Positions 11,096 through 21,793 of a DNA stretch of 64,000 nt are shown piece after piece. This stretch comes from Bacillota bacterium (lineage in GTDB: Bacteria > Bacillota > Dethiobacteria > DTU022). Location: positions 104 through 64,103 of the forward strand of contig JAXHVH010000008.1 in assembly GCA_034189085.1 (NCBI GenBank), given 5' to 3'. A program made the position numbers and the translations under genes. The stretch's first letter is position 1, and each line of letters starts with the position of its first letter. The notes beneath the pieces were generated by a model that was given only the letters and a program-made list of their open reading frames with translations, had not been told where the DNA came from and ran no database searches.

Positions 11096-12078
11096 CTGTA
11101 GCAGCTGAAAAAGATATCATCATTGAAGCTAAAAATTTGAAAAAATATTTTACCAAGTCCACCGGGTTGATTGGCCGTCCTCTCACGGTGAGGGCAGTAG
11201 ATGGTGTATCCTTTGATATTAAACCGGGTGAAACGCTGGGGCTGGTGGGCGAAAGCGGTTGCGGCAAAACGACCGTTGGCCGTACCCTGATTGGTCTTTA
11301 CAAGCCTACTGCCGGCAATGTTTTGTACAAGGGGGAAAATTTGTTCCAGCAGGATGGAACAATGTCCGAAAGCTACCGACGGCAGATGCAGATGATCTTT
11401 CAAGATCCGTATTCCTCGCTTAACCCGCGGATGACGGTCGGTGATATTGTCGGTGAGCCTATTGACATCCACAGCCTGGCCAACAACAAGAAAGAACGGC
11501 TGGAGAAGGTGCAGCAGATCCTTGAACTGGTGGGGTTGAGTGCCGAGCACATGAATCGCTATCCCCATGAGTTCAGCGGCGGGCAGCGTCAGCGCGTTGG
11601 CATCGCCAGGGCCCTGGCAGTAGAGCCGGAGCTGATTGTTTGCGATGAACCGATATCGGCGGTAGACGTTTCAATCCAGGCCCAGATAATCAATATGCTT
11701 GAAAATCTCCAGGAAGAACTGGGGCTTTCTTACCTGATTATTGCCCACGATCTGTCAATGATAAAATATATTTCTGATCGGGTGGCGGTTATGTACCTTG
11801 GTAAAATCGTGGAACTGGTGACCAGCGAAAATCTGTACACCAATCCGCAGCATCCCTATACCAAAGCCCTGCTTTCCGCCGTGCCTATTGCCGATCCGGA
11901 AATTGAAAGGAATAGGAAGCGGATTATCCTGGAAGGAGACGTCCCCAGTCCTGTTAACCCGCCCAGCGGATGCTATTTCCATACCCGCTGCAACAGGGCT
12001 CTGCCCATATGCAGTGAAGTGGAACCGGGAAAAACTGATCTGGGCAACGGCCAGTGGGTGGCCTGTCACAATCTATGA
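11092..12078 (+). CDS. ABC transporter ATP-binding protein (OppF/DppF)
   Basis: Walker [10 protein letters not shown], signature FSGGQRQR, Walker [13 protein letters not shown]. Overlaps the previous gene by 4 nt. Confidence 0.85.
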   Translation: MTVAAEKDIIIEAKNLKKYFTKSTGLIGRPLTVRAVDGVSFDIKPGETLGLVGESGCGKTTVGRTLIGLYKPTAGNVLYKGENLFQQDGTMSESYRRQMQMIFQDPYSSLNPRMTVGDIVGEPIDIHSLANNKKERLEKVQQILELVGLSAEHMNRYPHEFSGGQRQRVGIARALAVEPELIVCDEPISAVDVSIQAQIINMLENLQEELGLSYLIIAHDLSMIKYISDRVAVMYLGKIVELVTSENLYTNPQHPYTKALLSAVPIADPEIERNRKRIILEGDVPSPVNPPSGCYFHTRCNRALPICSEVEPGKTDLGNGQWVACHNL

Positions 12079-12253
12079 GCTAATAGAACTGCGCACATCT
12101 AAAAAAAGGGTGCCTGGATAATTGGCAGGACAAAAAACAGGCCTTTTACAGGTTAGCCTGAATAAATTTGTCCGGCAGGCCAACCGCTGAACAAGGTTGA
12201 ACAACCGGCTTTTTCATTGTATAATAAGTTCGTTGTAGGCTAAAGTTCAGCGT

Positions 12254-12349
12254 GGAGAGATGGCTGAGCTGGTCGAAGGCGCTCGCCTGGAAAGCGAGTA
12301 GATGGGGCAAAACCCTGTCTCGAGGGTTCGAATCCCTCTCTCTCCGCCA
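12254..12349 (+). tRNA. tRNA-Ser (anticodon GGA)
   Basis: GGAGAGA acceptor, anticodon stem-loop GCTCGC-CTGGAAA-GCGAG, long variable arm, T-arm GGTTCGAATCC, encoded CCA. Confidence 0.85.
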
Positions 12350-12361
12350 TTTTTTAAGTTT

Positions 12362-12630
12362 GGCCGTGCTAGACGGGGAGGTAGCGGTGCCCTGAACCCG
12401 CAATCCGCTATAGCGGGGTTGAACCCCTGCCCCCGGCTGCGCAGTTTCAGGATCAGCCCCGGGAAAGTAGTGTGGAAAGCCTGGTCCCGTGCGGCGCATG
12501 CTCATGAACCCCGTCAGGTCCGGAAGGAAGCAGCGGTAAATGAGATTTTGCGGGTGCCACGGGAGCGCCGGGCTGGAGCCAACTAACCGGCAAGCGCCTG
12601 GAGGTGCCGGTCAAAGGCAGGTGCGCGGCC
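12362..12630 (+). ncRNA. ffs: Signal recognition particle RNA, long Bacillus-type (about 270 nt, with Alu domain)
   Basis: Near-identical to the B. subtilis scRNA 5' end (GCCGUGCUAGACGGGGAGGUAGCGGUGCCCUG). Carries the invariant domain IV motif GUCAGGUCCGGAAGGAAGCAGC. The 5' and 3' ends can pair (GGCC…GGCC). Sits directly upstream of dnaX as in Bacillus. Confidence 0.8.
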
Positions 12631-13058
12631 TTAATTTATGCCAAGATTAGATTTAATAGTGTTACTATACAGGGCTGGTATATACCAGCTGGAAGGGAAA
12701 GTGCCCTTCCCCCGGTGGCTTGACCGAAACAGTAAATTTTTCTCAATGACTGCAACCGAGGAAGAGACATCTGTTGTCTGACGTGAAGAACTGATCCTGG
12801 ATTCCTGCTTTTCAGAATGCAGTTTTCGGGCCATTAAAATCAGGGAACTGTTTGATCTTTTCCTTAACGGGATAATGTCTTCACTTCTAAACCCTCTTGC
12901 CGCAGCGAAGATCAGCGTGTTTGCCATTTCCACCTACAATACAGGATATTTTAGTTAAAGAAGACAATTTCGATCGAACGGTTGATCTGTTAAGTGGGCA
13001 TTGAAACATCATATAATACTAATAGTACTGCTTCTCTGGTCCGAGGTGATTGAAAAGA

Positions 13059-14723
13059 ATGGCTTATCAAAGTTTGTACAGACGGCGGCGCCCACAGAAA
13101 TTTTCAGAGATGACCGGGCAGGAGCATGTAACCCGTACTTTAAGCAATGCCCTGAGCCGTGGGAGAATTGCCCATGCCTATCTTTTCTGCGGCCCGCGGG
13201 GCACCGGGAAAACAACGGCGGCCAAGATCATGGCCCGGGCGATGAACTGCGAAAAGTTCCCGGTTGCCGAACCCTGTGGAGAATGCACCAACTGCAAAAA
13301 CATAACAGCCGGGATTTCTATAGATGTCATTGAAATGGATGCCGCTTCGAACCGGGGTATAGACGAGATTCGTGAACTGAGAGAGCGAACCCGTTTTGCC
13401 AGTGGCGAGTGCCGCTACAAGGTATATATTATAGATGAAGCACATATGCTCACCACAGAGGCAAGCAATGCCTTCCTGAAGACCCTTGAGGAACCACCGC
13501 CCAATGTGGTCTTTATCCTGGCCACTACTGACCCTTCGCGGCTTCCCTCGACAATCGTATCGCGCTGTCAGCGTTTTGATTTCCATCTGCTGTCGGTTGA
13601 TCAGATTACCGGATGCCTCTCCAAAATTTTACAGGAAGAAGGGTGGCAGGCTGAAGAGGAAGCGATTCGGCTCATTGCCCGCCTGGCTGACGGCTCTTTG
13701 CGAGACGCGCTGGGTATTCTCGAACAGGGTTCCTCTTATGGAGAAGATATTATTACAGCGGAGGTAGTGCGGTCAGTAACCGGGGCTACCAGGGTGGAAA
13801 CCATTGCTTCACTGGCAGAAGCTGCTCTGGACAATGATCTAGACTCCGGGATGAAGGCGTTAGAAGAGATTATTTACAGTGGTCGTGATCTGCAGCTTTT
13901 TATGAGGGATCTTGTATTTGTTTTCAGCCGTCTGCTACAAGGTGAAGGCGAGCATGATGAAGAGGGGTACTCCCTGTATGGTTTTGAAAAATTGATCAGG
14001 GGGCAGCAGGGAAAGATAGAGCAGGTTCGGTTGTTTGATGCCGTAGAATTGTTGCATGAAGTAGGTAGTGAACTGCGGCATGCCCATTTTCCGCAGTACA
14101 TCCTGGAAGTGGCCTTTATCCGGCTGCTGCGGCTGCTGCATGGCAGGGTAAAAGAAAAGTCTTTACTTCGGTCGACTGTTGAAAGTGAGCAGCAGCCGGA
14201 AACCATGGAACAGCCTGAGCGGGCGGAGGAAAAAGCGCCCGTGCAAACCGGCAGTACTGGAAGTAAAATTGAGAAACCTGCCGCGGAAGAAGAGCAAACG
14301 GTAGAACCGGCGGATTCTTCCGGGATGGATAGCAGCATGGAAAGGCTTGCAGAAGCCTGGCCGCGCCTGCTGCAGGAAATCAAGAAAAGGCAAAGAAGTA
14401 CTGCCGCCTGGCTGGAGCCCGCTGCTGTAGGCAGTCTTAAGGGGCGCCTGGTAACGCTGATTTACCCGCAGGAATACACTATTCACTGTGAAAGAATCAT
14501 GGGTGAGTCGCATCGCCGTCTTGTCGAAGAGGTACTTTCTGCTTTTTGTGATGATTCGATTACTATTAAAGCTGATCTTGCAGATGATGAAAAAGTAAAT
14601 GCCAGCAGCGGTGAACCGGCAAAGGAGAAGAAACATCCTGCAGAAAAGAAAGATCAACCGCCGGCTCCCGGGGCAGAAGAAGCGATGGAACTCTTCGGAG
14701 GGAAAATAATTGATTCTCAATAA
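13059..14723 (+). CDS. dnaX: DNA polymerase III subunits gamma/tau
   Basis: N-terminal MAYQSLYRRRRPQ…, Walker A GPRGTGKTT, clamp-loader motifs. RBS GAGGTGA lies 9 nt upstream of ATG 13059. Confidence 0.9.
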   Translation: MAYQSLYRRRRPQKFSEMTGQEHVTRTLSNALSRGRIAHAYLFCGPRGTGKTTAAKIMARAMNCEKFPVAEPCGECTNCKNITAGISIDVIEMDAASNRGIDEIRELRERTRFASGECRYKVYIIDEAHMLTTEASNAFLKTLEEPPPNVVFILATTDPSRLPSTIVSRCQRFDFHLLSVDQITGCLSKILQEEGWQAEEEAIRLIARLADGSLRDALGILEQGSSYGEDIITAEVVRSVTGATRVETIASLAEAALDNDLDSGMKALEEIIYSGRDLQLFMRDLVFVFSRLLQGEGEHDEEGYSLYGFEKLIRGQQGKIEQVRLFDAVELLHEVGSELRHAHFPQYILEVAFIRLLRLLHGRVKEKSLLRSTVESEQQPETMEQPERAEEKAPVQTGSTGSKIEKPAAEEEQTVEPADSSGMDSSMERLAEAWPRLLQEIKKRQRSTAAWLEPAAVGSLKGRLVTLIYPQEYTIHCERIMGESHRRLVEEVLSAFCDDSITIKADLADDEKVNASSGEPAKEKKHPAEKKDQPPAPGAEEAMELFGGKIIDSQ

Positions 14724-14732
14724 GGAGGAATA

Positions 14733-15056
14733 TTGATCGTGAATGGTGGAATGGCAAAAATGATGAAACAGCTGCAGAAAGCTCAGGCTGAGATGGGTAA
14801 ACTGCAGGAAGAAATTGCCCAGAAGACCGTTGAAAGTACCAGTGGAGGCGGAGCCGTCCGGGTGGTAGTCAACGGTCAGAAAAATCTTGTTTCCCTGCAG
14901 ATAGATCCAGAAGTAGTAACGGAAGAAAACCGTGAAATGCTTGAAGATCTGATTATCGCCGCCGTAAATGAGGCGTTTCAGCGGGTTGATGAAATGGTTG
15001 CTGCAGAAATGCAAAAATTGACGGGCGGTCTTAACCTGCCGCCGGGAATGCTGTAA
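14733..15056 (+). CDS. ybaB: Nucleoid-associated protein YbaB/EbfC
   Basis: MAKMMKQLQKAQAEM… matches the YbaB family. Position between dnaX and recR is conserved. Start codon is ambiguous (TTG 14733, GTG 14739 or ATG 14751) after AAGGAGG. Confidence 0.85.
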   Translation: MIVNGGMAKMMKQLQKAQAEMGKLQEEIAQKTVESTSGGGAVRVVVNGQKNLVSLQIDPEVVTEENREMLEDLIIAAVNEAFQRVDEMVAAEMQKLTGGLNLPPGML

Positions 15057-15080
15057 ACAAGGAGGTTGCCGAAACAGTAG

Positions 15081-15674
15081 ATGGCCTATCCGGGTGCGTT
15101 AAAAAAACTGGTTGACATGCTCTGCCGGTTCCCTGGGGTCGGTCCGAAAACCGCCCAGCGGCTGGCTTTCTTTTTGCTCGGCTGTCCGCGTGAAGAAGTC
15201 GTGGCCATCGCCAGGGCTATGGTGGAAGCCAAGGACAAGCTTTCTTTTTGTCCCGTCTGCGGGAGCCTGGCCGAGGATGAATGCCCCTACTGCAGTGATG
15301 CCAGACGTGACCGTCACCTGCTTTGCATTGTTCAGGAGCCGCGGGATGTTCTAATCCTGGAAAGAAGCGGGCAGTACAAAGGGCTTTATCATGTCCTGCA
15401 CGGCGCCCTTTCGCCTCTTGATGGAATTGGGCCGGAAGAGCTGAAGCTTGAACAGCTGGTCAATCGTATCCGGGACACAGGAGTTAAAGAAGTAATTATC
15501 GCTACCAACCCCAATGTTGAGGGAGATGCGACTGCCGGTTACCTGGCCGATCTTTTAAAACCGCTCGCCGTTAGAGTAAGCCGGATTGCCTTTGGACTGC
15601 CGGTTGGCGGGGATATCGAATATGCTGATGATCTCACGCTCAGTCGGGCTTTGGAAGGCCGCAGGGAAATGTGA
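15081..15674 (+). CDS. recR: Recombination protein RecR
   Basis: HhH motif LPGVGPKTAQRLAFFLL, C4 zinc finger CPVCGSL…CPYC, Toprim domain. Confidence 0.9.
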   Translation: MAYPGALKKLVDMLCRFPGVGPKTAQRLAFFLLGCPREEVVAIARAMVEAKDKLSFCPVCGSLAEDECPYCSDARRDRHLLCIVQEPRDVLILERSGQYKGLYHVLHGALSPLDGIGPEELKLEQLVNRIRDTGVKEVIIATNPNVEGDATAGYLADLLKPLAVRVSRIAFGLPVGGDIEYADDLTLSRALEGRREM

Positions 15675-15683
15675 AAAGCCTGA

Positions 15684-16328
15684 TTAGCCGATCTGGTCTT
15701 GCATGGCTGTGATTACCATTGCCGGCAGATGGGCATAATCTTCCGTTGGCAGGTATGATGAAGCCGCTTCGTCGAAAAGGATATTGGCCGAAGCGGGCAT
15801 TTCTTCATCACCTGGCCAGAGGATGAAACAGATGGGGACCCGGGGAAGAACCGGGATGGCGATACTTATTCCGCTCAGGGGAAGCTGGTAGCCGCCCAGT
15901 GATTTTGCTGCCTGCTGAAAATCTTCCGGTTTTTCGCCGAAAGCCTTTAAAAAGGGTTTTACTGCCCTTCCGTTAAAAGGATCAATATAAATTTGCCCTC
16001 CGGGAAGATGCCGAAAGGCGATCCACTGGCCGGTAAGGAGAGTCCCATTGGCGGTGACCAGGTAATGCAAAAGAATAATGGCCAGGTATTTAGAAACTTC
16101 CTCACCGGTTTCCATAGTTACCCTGCCTGAAGGGTACTGGACCGAATAATTATGGTTAATAAAGGGAAGCCTGAATTTGCTTTCTCCACTATCATATGCA
16201 ACTGCAGCTCTGGCCGCTGTTGCTCCAGGATCGCATGTTTTGAACTGTTTTACCGCTTCTGCAAAGGTAACGTCGAGATTGAAGTAACTTCTTTTTTGAG
16301 ACATCCAAACCATCCTTTCATCCAACAA
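15684..16328 (-). CDS. Hypothetical protein (possibly DUF3786-like)
   Basis: 214-aa ORF with coding-like composition. The DUF3786 family assignment is from memory and unverified. Confidence 0.4.
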   Translation of the reverse strand: MLDERMVWMSQKRSYFNLDVTFAEAVKQFKTCDPGATAARAAVAYDSGESKFRLPFINHNYSVQYPSGRVTMETGEEVSKYLAIILLHYLVTANGTLLTGQWIAFRHLPGGQIYIDPFNGRAVKPFLKAFGEKPEDFQQAAKSLGGYQLPLSGISIAIPVLPRVPICFILWPGDEEMPASANILFDEAASSYLPTEDYAHLPAMVITAMQDQIG

Positions 16329-16354
16329 GTGTTTTGAGATACCACAGGTTCCCT

Positions 16355-17122
16355 CTACCTGTGAATGTTTTGATTCATGACAAACCGGGATATAACCCGG
16401 TTGACTTTGTCCGGTTGTTCCAGCATAACCATGTGTCCTGCTCCCGGTATGATCTCAAGGGAACTGCATGGTATTGTGTCTTTCATAAAATGACTGTATT
16501 TAGGAGGAGTGAGACGATCGTCACTGCCGCAGATGATCAGTGTGGGGAGGGCAATGCTGGAAAGCTTTTCTGTAACATTGAAATTGTTGCAGGCATTTAA
16601 ATCGGCATAATAAATTGAAGGATCAGCATTTTCCAGTTCTCGCCTGCTCATCCTGAGCAGGGCTTCCGGGACATCAGGGCTATACAGATAATCGTTCAAT
16701 TGGGCCGGTATTCTGCCTGCTTTCAAGCTGTCCAGGAGATCAGGCAGGACCCGCAGACGGCAGCCGGTGCTGAGCAGAATCAAACCTCCTATGGAGGAAC
16801 TGTAACGGAGCCCCATCGTCAGGGTGACTGCGCCCCCCATAGAATGCCCGGCAACAAGAGGAGATTTAAGCCCGAGAGACTGGATAACCTGGTAAAGCCA
16901 GGCGGCATATTGATCAATGCTTTCGGCCGGTTTCCCTTCAGATCGACCGTGACCGGGCAGATCTACAGCCACAGGGTTGCATATTTTTTCGAGGGATTGT
17001 AACTGGTAAAGCCAGTGGTGGTGGCCACCACCTGACCCGTGGCAGAAGAGAACGGGCATTCCTCCGCAGTTATTGTTCCCGGCGTAGAAGCAGTGTCCTC
17101 TCTCGAGATCCAGGTATGGCAA
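16355..17122 (-). CDS. Alpha/beta-fold hydrolase
   Basis: HGSGGG oxyanion region, nucleophile elbow GHSMGG, C-terminal catalytic histidine context (GAGHMVMLEQP). Confidence 0.75.
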   Translation of the reverse strand: MPYLDLERGHCFYAGNNNCGGMPVLFCHGSGGGHHHWLYQLQSLEKICNPVAVDLPGHGRSEGKPAESIDQYAAWLYQVIQSLGLKSPLVAGHSMGGAVTLTMGLRYSSSIGGLILLSTGCRLRVLPDLLDSLKAGRIPAQLNDYLYSPDVPEALLRMSRRELENADPSIYYADLNACNNFNVTEKLSSIALPTLIICGSDDRLTPPKYSHFMKDTIPCSSLEIIPGAGHMVMLEQPDKVNRVISRFVMNQNIHR

Positions 17123-17199
17123 GGCTTTTCCTCCTCTTTATTAAAACAAATTTCGCCTTTGTTATCCCTTAATCCTGCTCCATATTCGGGTTATACAAG

Positions 17200-17228
17200 T
17201 TGACACTACCCGGGGGGTTTGCTATGAT
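17200..17228 (+). promoter_or_regulatory. Sigma-A type promoter for guaB
   Basis: TTGACA, 17-nt spacer, TATGAT, then the strong RBS GGTGAGGAGAGAG before the TTG start. Confidence 0.45.
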
Positions 17229-17260
17229 CATTTAAATAAATAACCTTATTTATACGGTGA

Positions 17261-18727
<1,467 letters not shown>

Positions 18728-18835
18728 ATTCTTTTCGGTTTTATATGAGAAAAAGTATTGGTGGTCCTTTCTCTAAACCGGGAAGGTCAATCTGACTGAA
18801 TCGACAGCAGCCCGGCCGGTGAAGAAAAGGAAGAG

Positions 18836-19489
18836 GTGTTCAAAACGCACGGCCTGTTTATTACACTGGAAGGAATTGACGGCTGTGGGAAGTCGACCCA
18901 GTCACAAATATTGCAGGATAATTTAAAACGGCAGGGAGCACCCTTTGTGGCAGTTCGCGAACCCGGTGGAACCCCTGCTGGAGAAGATATCCGGCGGATT
19001 CTTCTGCAGAAAAGTTACCCTCTCACCCTTTCATCAGAACTATTGCTTTATATGGCTGCCCGGGTTGAGCTCACGGAACGGGTTATCGCTCCTGCCTTGC
19101 TGGAGGGCAAACTGGTTCTGGGTGATCGTTTTGCTGATTCCACCCTTGCCTACCAGGGTTACGGCGGAGGAGTTGATCTAAACTGGATTCGTATGCTCAA
19201 CGATAGGGCAACCGGAGGTCTTAAGCCTCATCTTACGATTCTCCTTGATCTATCCGTCGAAGCTGCTGCTGTCAGGCGCGGCCGGGCTGCCGACAGGATG
19301 GAAAGCAATGACCTTCATTATCACCAGCGGGTCCGACGCGGTTACCTGGAAATTGCGCGTCTGGATCCACAGCGGGTTGCGGTGATTGATGCTTCTACCG
19401 ATGCTGAAGCGCAGGGCAAGCAAATCTGGCGCCTGGTTGAAAAATTGATGTTCCGGCAGGATGAAAAGGGGTGGCCTCATGAGCTTTGA
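18836..19489 (+). CDS. tmk: Thymidylate kinase
   Basis: P-loop ITLEGIDGCGKSTQ and the DRF/LID region. GTG start. Confidence 0.85.
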   Translation: MFKTHGLFITLEGIDGCGKSTQSQILQDNLKRQGAPFVAVREPGGTPAGEDIRRILLQKSYPLTLSSELLLYMAARVELTERVIAPALLEGKLVLGDRFADSTLAYQGYGGGVDLNWIRMLNDRATGGLKPHLTILLDLSVEAAAVRRGRAADRMESNDLHYHQRVRRGYLEIARLDPQRVAVIDASTDAEAQGKQIWRLVEKLMFRQDEKGWPHEL

Positions 19490-20465
19490 AAGCCTGGTCG
19501 GACAGCCTGAAACGAGAGTTCGGCTTAGCCGTGCCTTGATGAGCGGTAAGCTCAGTCATGCTGTTCTCCTGGCAGGCTCTGCTGGCAGCGGTAAAAGGAG
19601 CTGGGGTAGAGCTCTAGCCCAGGCTATTATCTGTCGAAACAGGGGAGAAAAGGGCGCCTGCTTGAACTGCGAGGATTGTCGCCTTTTTGATAACGGTAGT
19701 CATCCTGATTATTTCCAGATCAAACCGGAGGGACGGGCGATAAAAATTGATCAGATTCGGTCTTTGCGCGAACGGTTTCATCTGCGCAGCAGGGTTAAGG
19801 TATGTCTTATCGAACAGGCGGAAACAATGACCGGTGAGGCGGCTTCTTCTCTGCTTAAAATACTGGAAGATCCTCCGCCAGGTTTGCATTTCATTTTACT
19901 GGCTGAAAAACCGCGATTGCTTCATGATACAATTCTTTCAAGATGCCAGCGATATACACTTCAGCCTCTGGGGTTCCAGGACCTGACCGAAATTTTAGTT
20001 TCCAGGCATAATTTATCGCATGAAAACGCTGCTGTTCTGGCCCGCATCAGCAAAGGGCTGCCCGGATATGCTGCAGCCATGGCAGAAAACGGCATAGCCG
20101 CAGAAAAGATTGAGGAAGCGAGGACACTGGCGGTTAACCTGGTTTCCGGTAAGGACAGTGCCAGGCAGCTCCTGGCCTGGGCTGCATCCATGGCTGAAAG
20201 AGAAGATTTGCTTACCTTTCTGGAACTGTTTTGTTTGATATTCCGTAATTGTTTGCAGGAGAAACTTGGCCGAAATGATGATCTTTTTACCGAGCAGGGA
20301 AGGATCGTTGCCAGCACGGATCAAGTTACTCCACAATGCCTTGAGGATATTATTATTCTGGTGAATGACGTGGCCAACCAGATTAAAACTACCAATGTAA
20401 ATCGTCGTTTACTGCTGGAAAAGATGCTCATTTTGACCCAAAGGAGGTTGAAAAGGTGTCAATAG
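19479..20465 (+). CDS. holB: DNA polymerase III delta' subunit
   Basis: AAA+ clamp-loader-like protein: …GKLSHAVLLAGSAGSGKRS…, SRCQ motif. ATG 19479 overlaps the tmk stop. The track's upstream ATG at 19461 is less likely. Confidence 0.8.
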   Translation: MSFESLVGQPETRVRLSRALMSGKLSHAVLLAGSAGSGKRSWGRALAQAIICRNRGEKGACLNCEDCRLFDNGSHPDYFQIKPEGRAIKIDQIRSLRERFHLRSRVKVCLIEQAETMTGEAASSLLKILEDPPPGLHFILLAEKPRLLHDTILSRCQRYTLQPLGFQDLTEILVSRHNLSHENAAVLARISKGLPGYAAAMAENGIAAEKIEEARTLAVNLVSGKDSARQLLAWAASMAEREDLLTFLELFCLIFRNCLQEKLGRNDDLFTEQGRIVASTDQVTPQCLEDIIILVNDVANQIKTTNVNRRLLLEKMLILTQRRLKRCQ

Positions 20466-21256
20466 TAGTGGGAATACGATTCAAACAAGCCGGCAAAATT
20501 TACTATTTTGAGCCCGGCTCAAATAAACTGGCAGCAGGGGATAAGGTTATTGTAGAAACAGCCCGGGGGCAGGAAATGGGAGAAGTGATCATACCCGAAA
20601 AAAATGTCCCGGAGGAAGAACTGGTTTTGCCCCTGAAAAAGGTGCTGCGCCCTGTTAATGAAGCAGATTGTCGACAGGCTGAGGGAAACAGGGAGAAGGA
20701 ATCAATAGCATTTAAAAAATGCCAGCAGAAAATCAAAGAACACGGCCTCGATATGAAGCTGGTTGAAGTGGATTATACTTTTGATCGTAATAAAATAATA
20801 TTCTTTTTTACTTCAGATGAGCGGGTTGACTTCAGGGATCTGGTTAAAGATCTGGCAGCCATATTTAAAACCCGTATTGAACTGCGCCAAATCGGAGTAC
20901 GGGATGAAGCAAAATTGAAAGGTGGTATTGGGCCCTGCGGCCGGCCCTTTTGCTGCAGCACATTTTTGGAAGAATTTGAACCGGTTTCTATCAGGATGGC
21001 TAAGGGACAGAATCTTTCGCTTAATCCGACCAAGATATCCGGTGTTTGCGGCAGACTGATGTGCTGCCTGCGTTATGAAGCCAGTGATTACGAAAACGCC
21101 CGTGAAGAGATGCCAAAATCGGGTGAGGCAGTAGCCACACCGGATGGAGAAGGGTTAGTAAAAGACGTTAATTGCAGTAAAAAAACCGTTCTGGTCAAAT
21201 TGCAGGAATCTGGGCACATAAGAGAGTTTCCTCTGGAAGAAGTGGATATGCAGTAA
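20456..21256 (+). CDS. ricT: PSP1-domain protein YaaT/RicT (stage 0 sporulation / RNase Y regulator family)
   Basis: PSP1 C-terminal domain with conserved cysteines (GPCGRPFCCSTFL, CGRLMCCLRYE). Position after holB is conserved in Firmicutes. GTG start 8 nt after AGGAGG. Confidence 0.8.
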   Translation: MSIVVGIRFKQAGKIYYFEPGSNKLAAGDKVIVETARGQEMGEVIIPEKNVPEEELVLPLKKVLRPVNEADCRQAEGNREKESIAFKKCQQKIKEHGLDMKLVEVDYTFDRNKIIFFFTSDERVDFRDLVKDLAAIFKTRIELRQIGVRDEAKLKGGIGPCGRPFCCSTFLEEFEPVSIRMAKGQNLSLNPTKISGVCGRLMCCLRYEASDYENAREEMPKSGEAVATPDGEGLVKDVNCSKKTVLVKLQESGHIREFPLEEVDMQ

Positions 21257-21324
21257 TAATGGATGGGAAGAAGAGAGGCATTAACAGCGGGGGCACGGCT
21301 TAGCCGTGCCCCACTGTTAAGCTG

Positions 21325-21585
21325 TTATGCCTTTTCAGACATTGTTGACAATTTTTCAATACATTCCCGGCAAACAATTCTGTTTCCGAAATGAACTACA
21401 TCATCGGCATTACCGCAAAAAAGGCAAGCGGGCTCGTACTTCTTGAGGATTATTTTTTCCGCATCAACGTAGATTTCGAGAGCGTCTTTAACTTCAATCC
21501 CCAGGGTCCGCCTGAGTTCAATGGGAATAACCACACGACCCAGTTCGTCTACTTTTCTGACAATCCCTGTTGATTTCACACGCAT
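21325..21585 (-). CDS. abrB: AbrB-family transition-state regulator with C-terminal Cys4 zinc-ribbon
   Basis: MRVKSTGIVRKVDELGRVVIPIELRRTLGI…EIYVD is near-identical to the AbrB N-domain. C-terminus reads CLFCGN…CRECIEKL. ATG 21585 is preceded by AAGGAGG. Sits divergent to metG as in Bacillus. Confidence 0.8.
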   Translation of the reverse strand: MRVKSTGIVRKVDELGRVVIPIELRRTLGIEVKDALEIYVDAEKIILKKYEPACLFCGNADDVVHFGNRIVCRECIEKLSTMSEKA

Positions 21586-21793
21586 TTCCTCCTTTTCTTC
21601 GTTATGGAGTAAGGCTGGTTTGAACATTATACCAGTAATTGACATGGTAAGTCAATAGTTATTTTCCCTATATACTCAAGTTTACAAGAATATTACATGG
21701 AACTGTTACCATACTGTGCTATTCTTGACAGTGATTAAAGCTTTGATATGATATAATAACGAAGTATTTTCAAAATGACGAGGAGGCCTGACG

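Noticed and set aside
12146-12586. Track ORFs 12146..12505 (-) and 12302..12586 (+)
   Set aside because: They overlap tRNA-Ser(GGA) and the SRP RNA gene, and their translations are low-complexity Arg/Pro/Gly-rich. They are artefacts of GC-rich structured RNA.
12631-12933. 100-aa minus-strand ORF in the SRP RNA-dnaX spacer
   Set aside because: Ser/Arg-rich with no RBS and no family resemblance. It lies in a spacer that more plausibly carries the dnaX promoter and a GGAAGGG…CCCTTCC hairpin.
21646-21793. Possible Met T-box upstream of metG
   Set aside because: No T-box sequence (GGGUGGNACCGCG) or terminator. The region holds a good sigma-A promoter (TTGACA…TATGATATAAT) serving metG and the divergent abrB.
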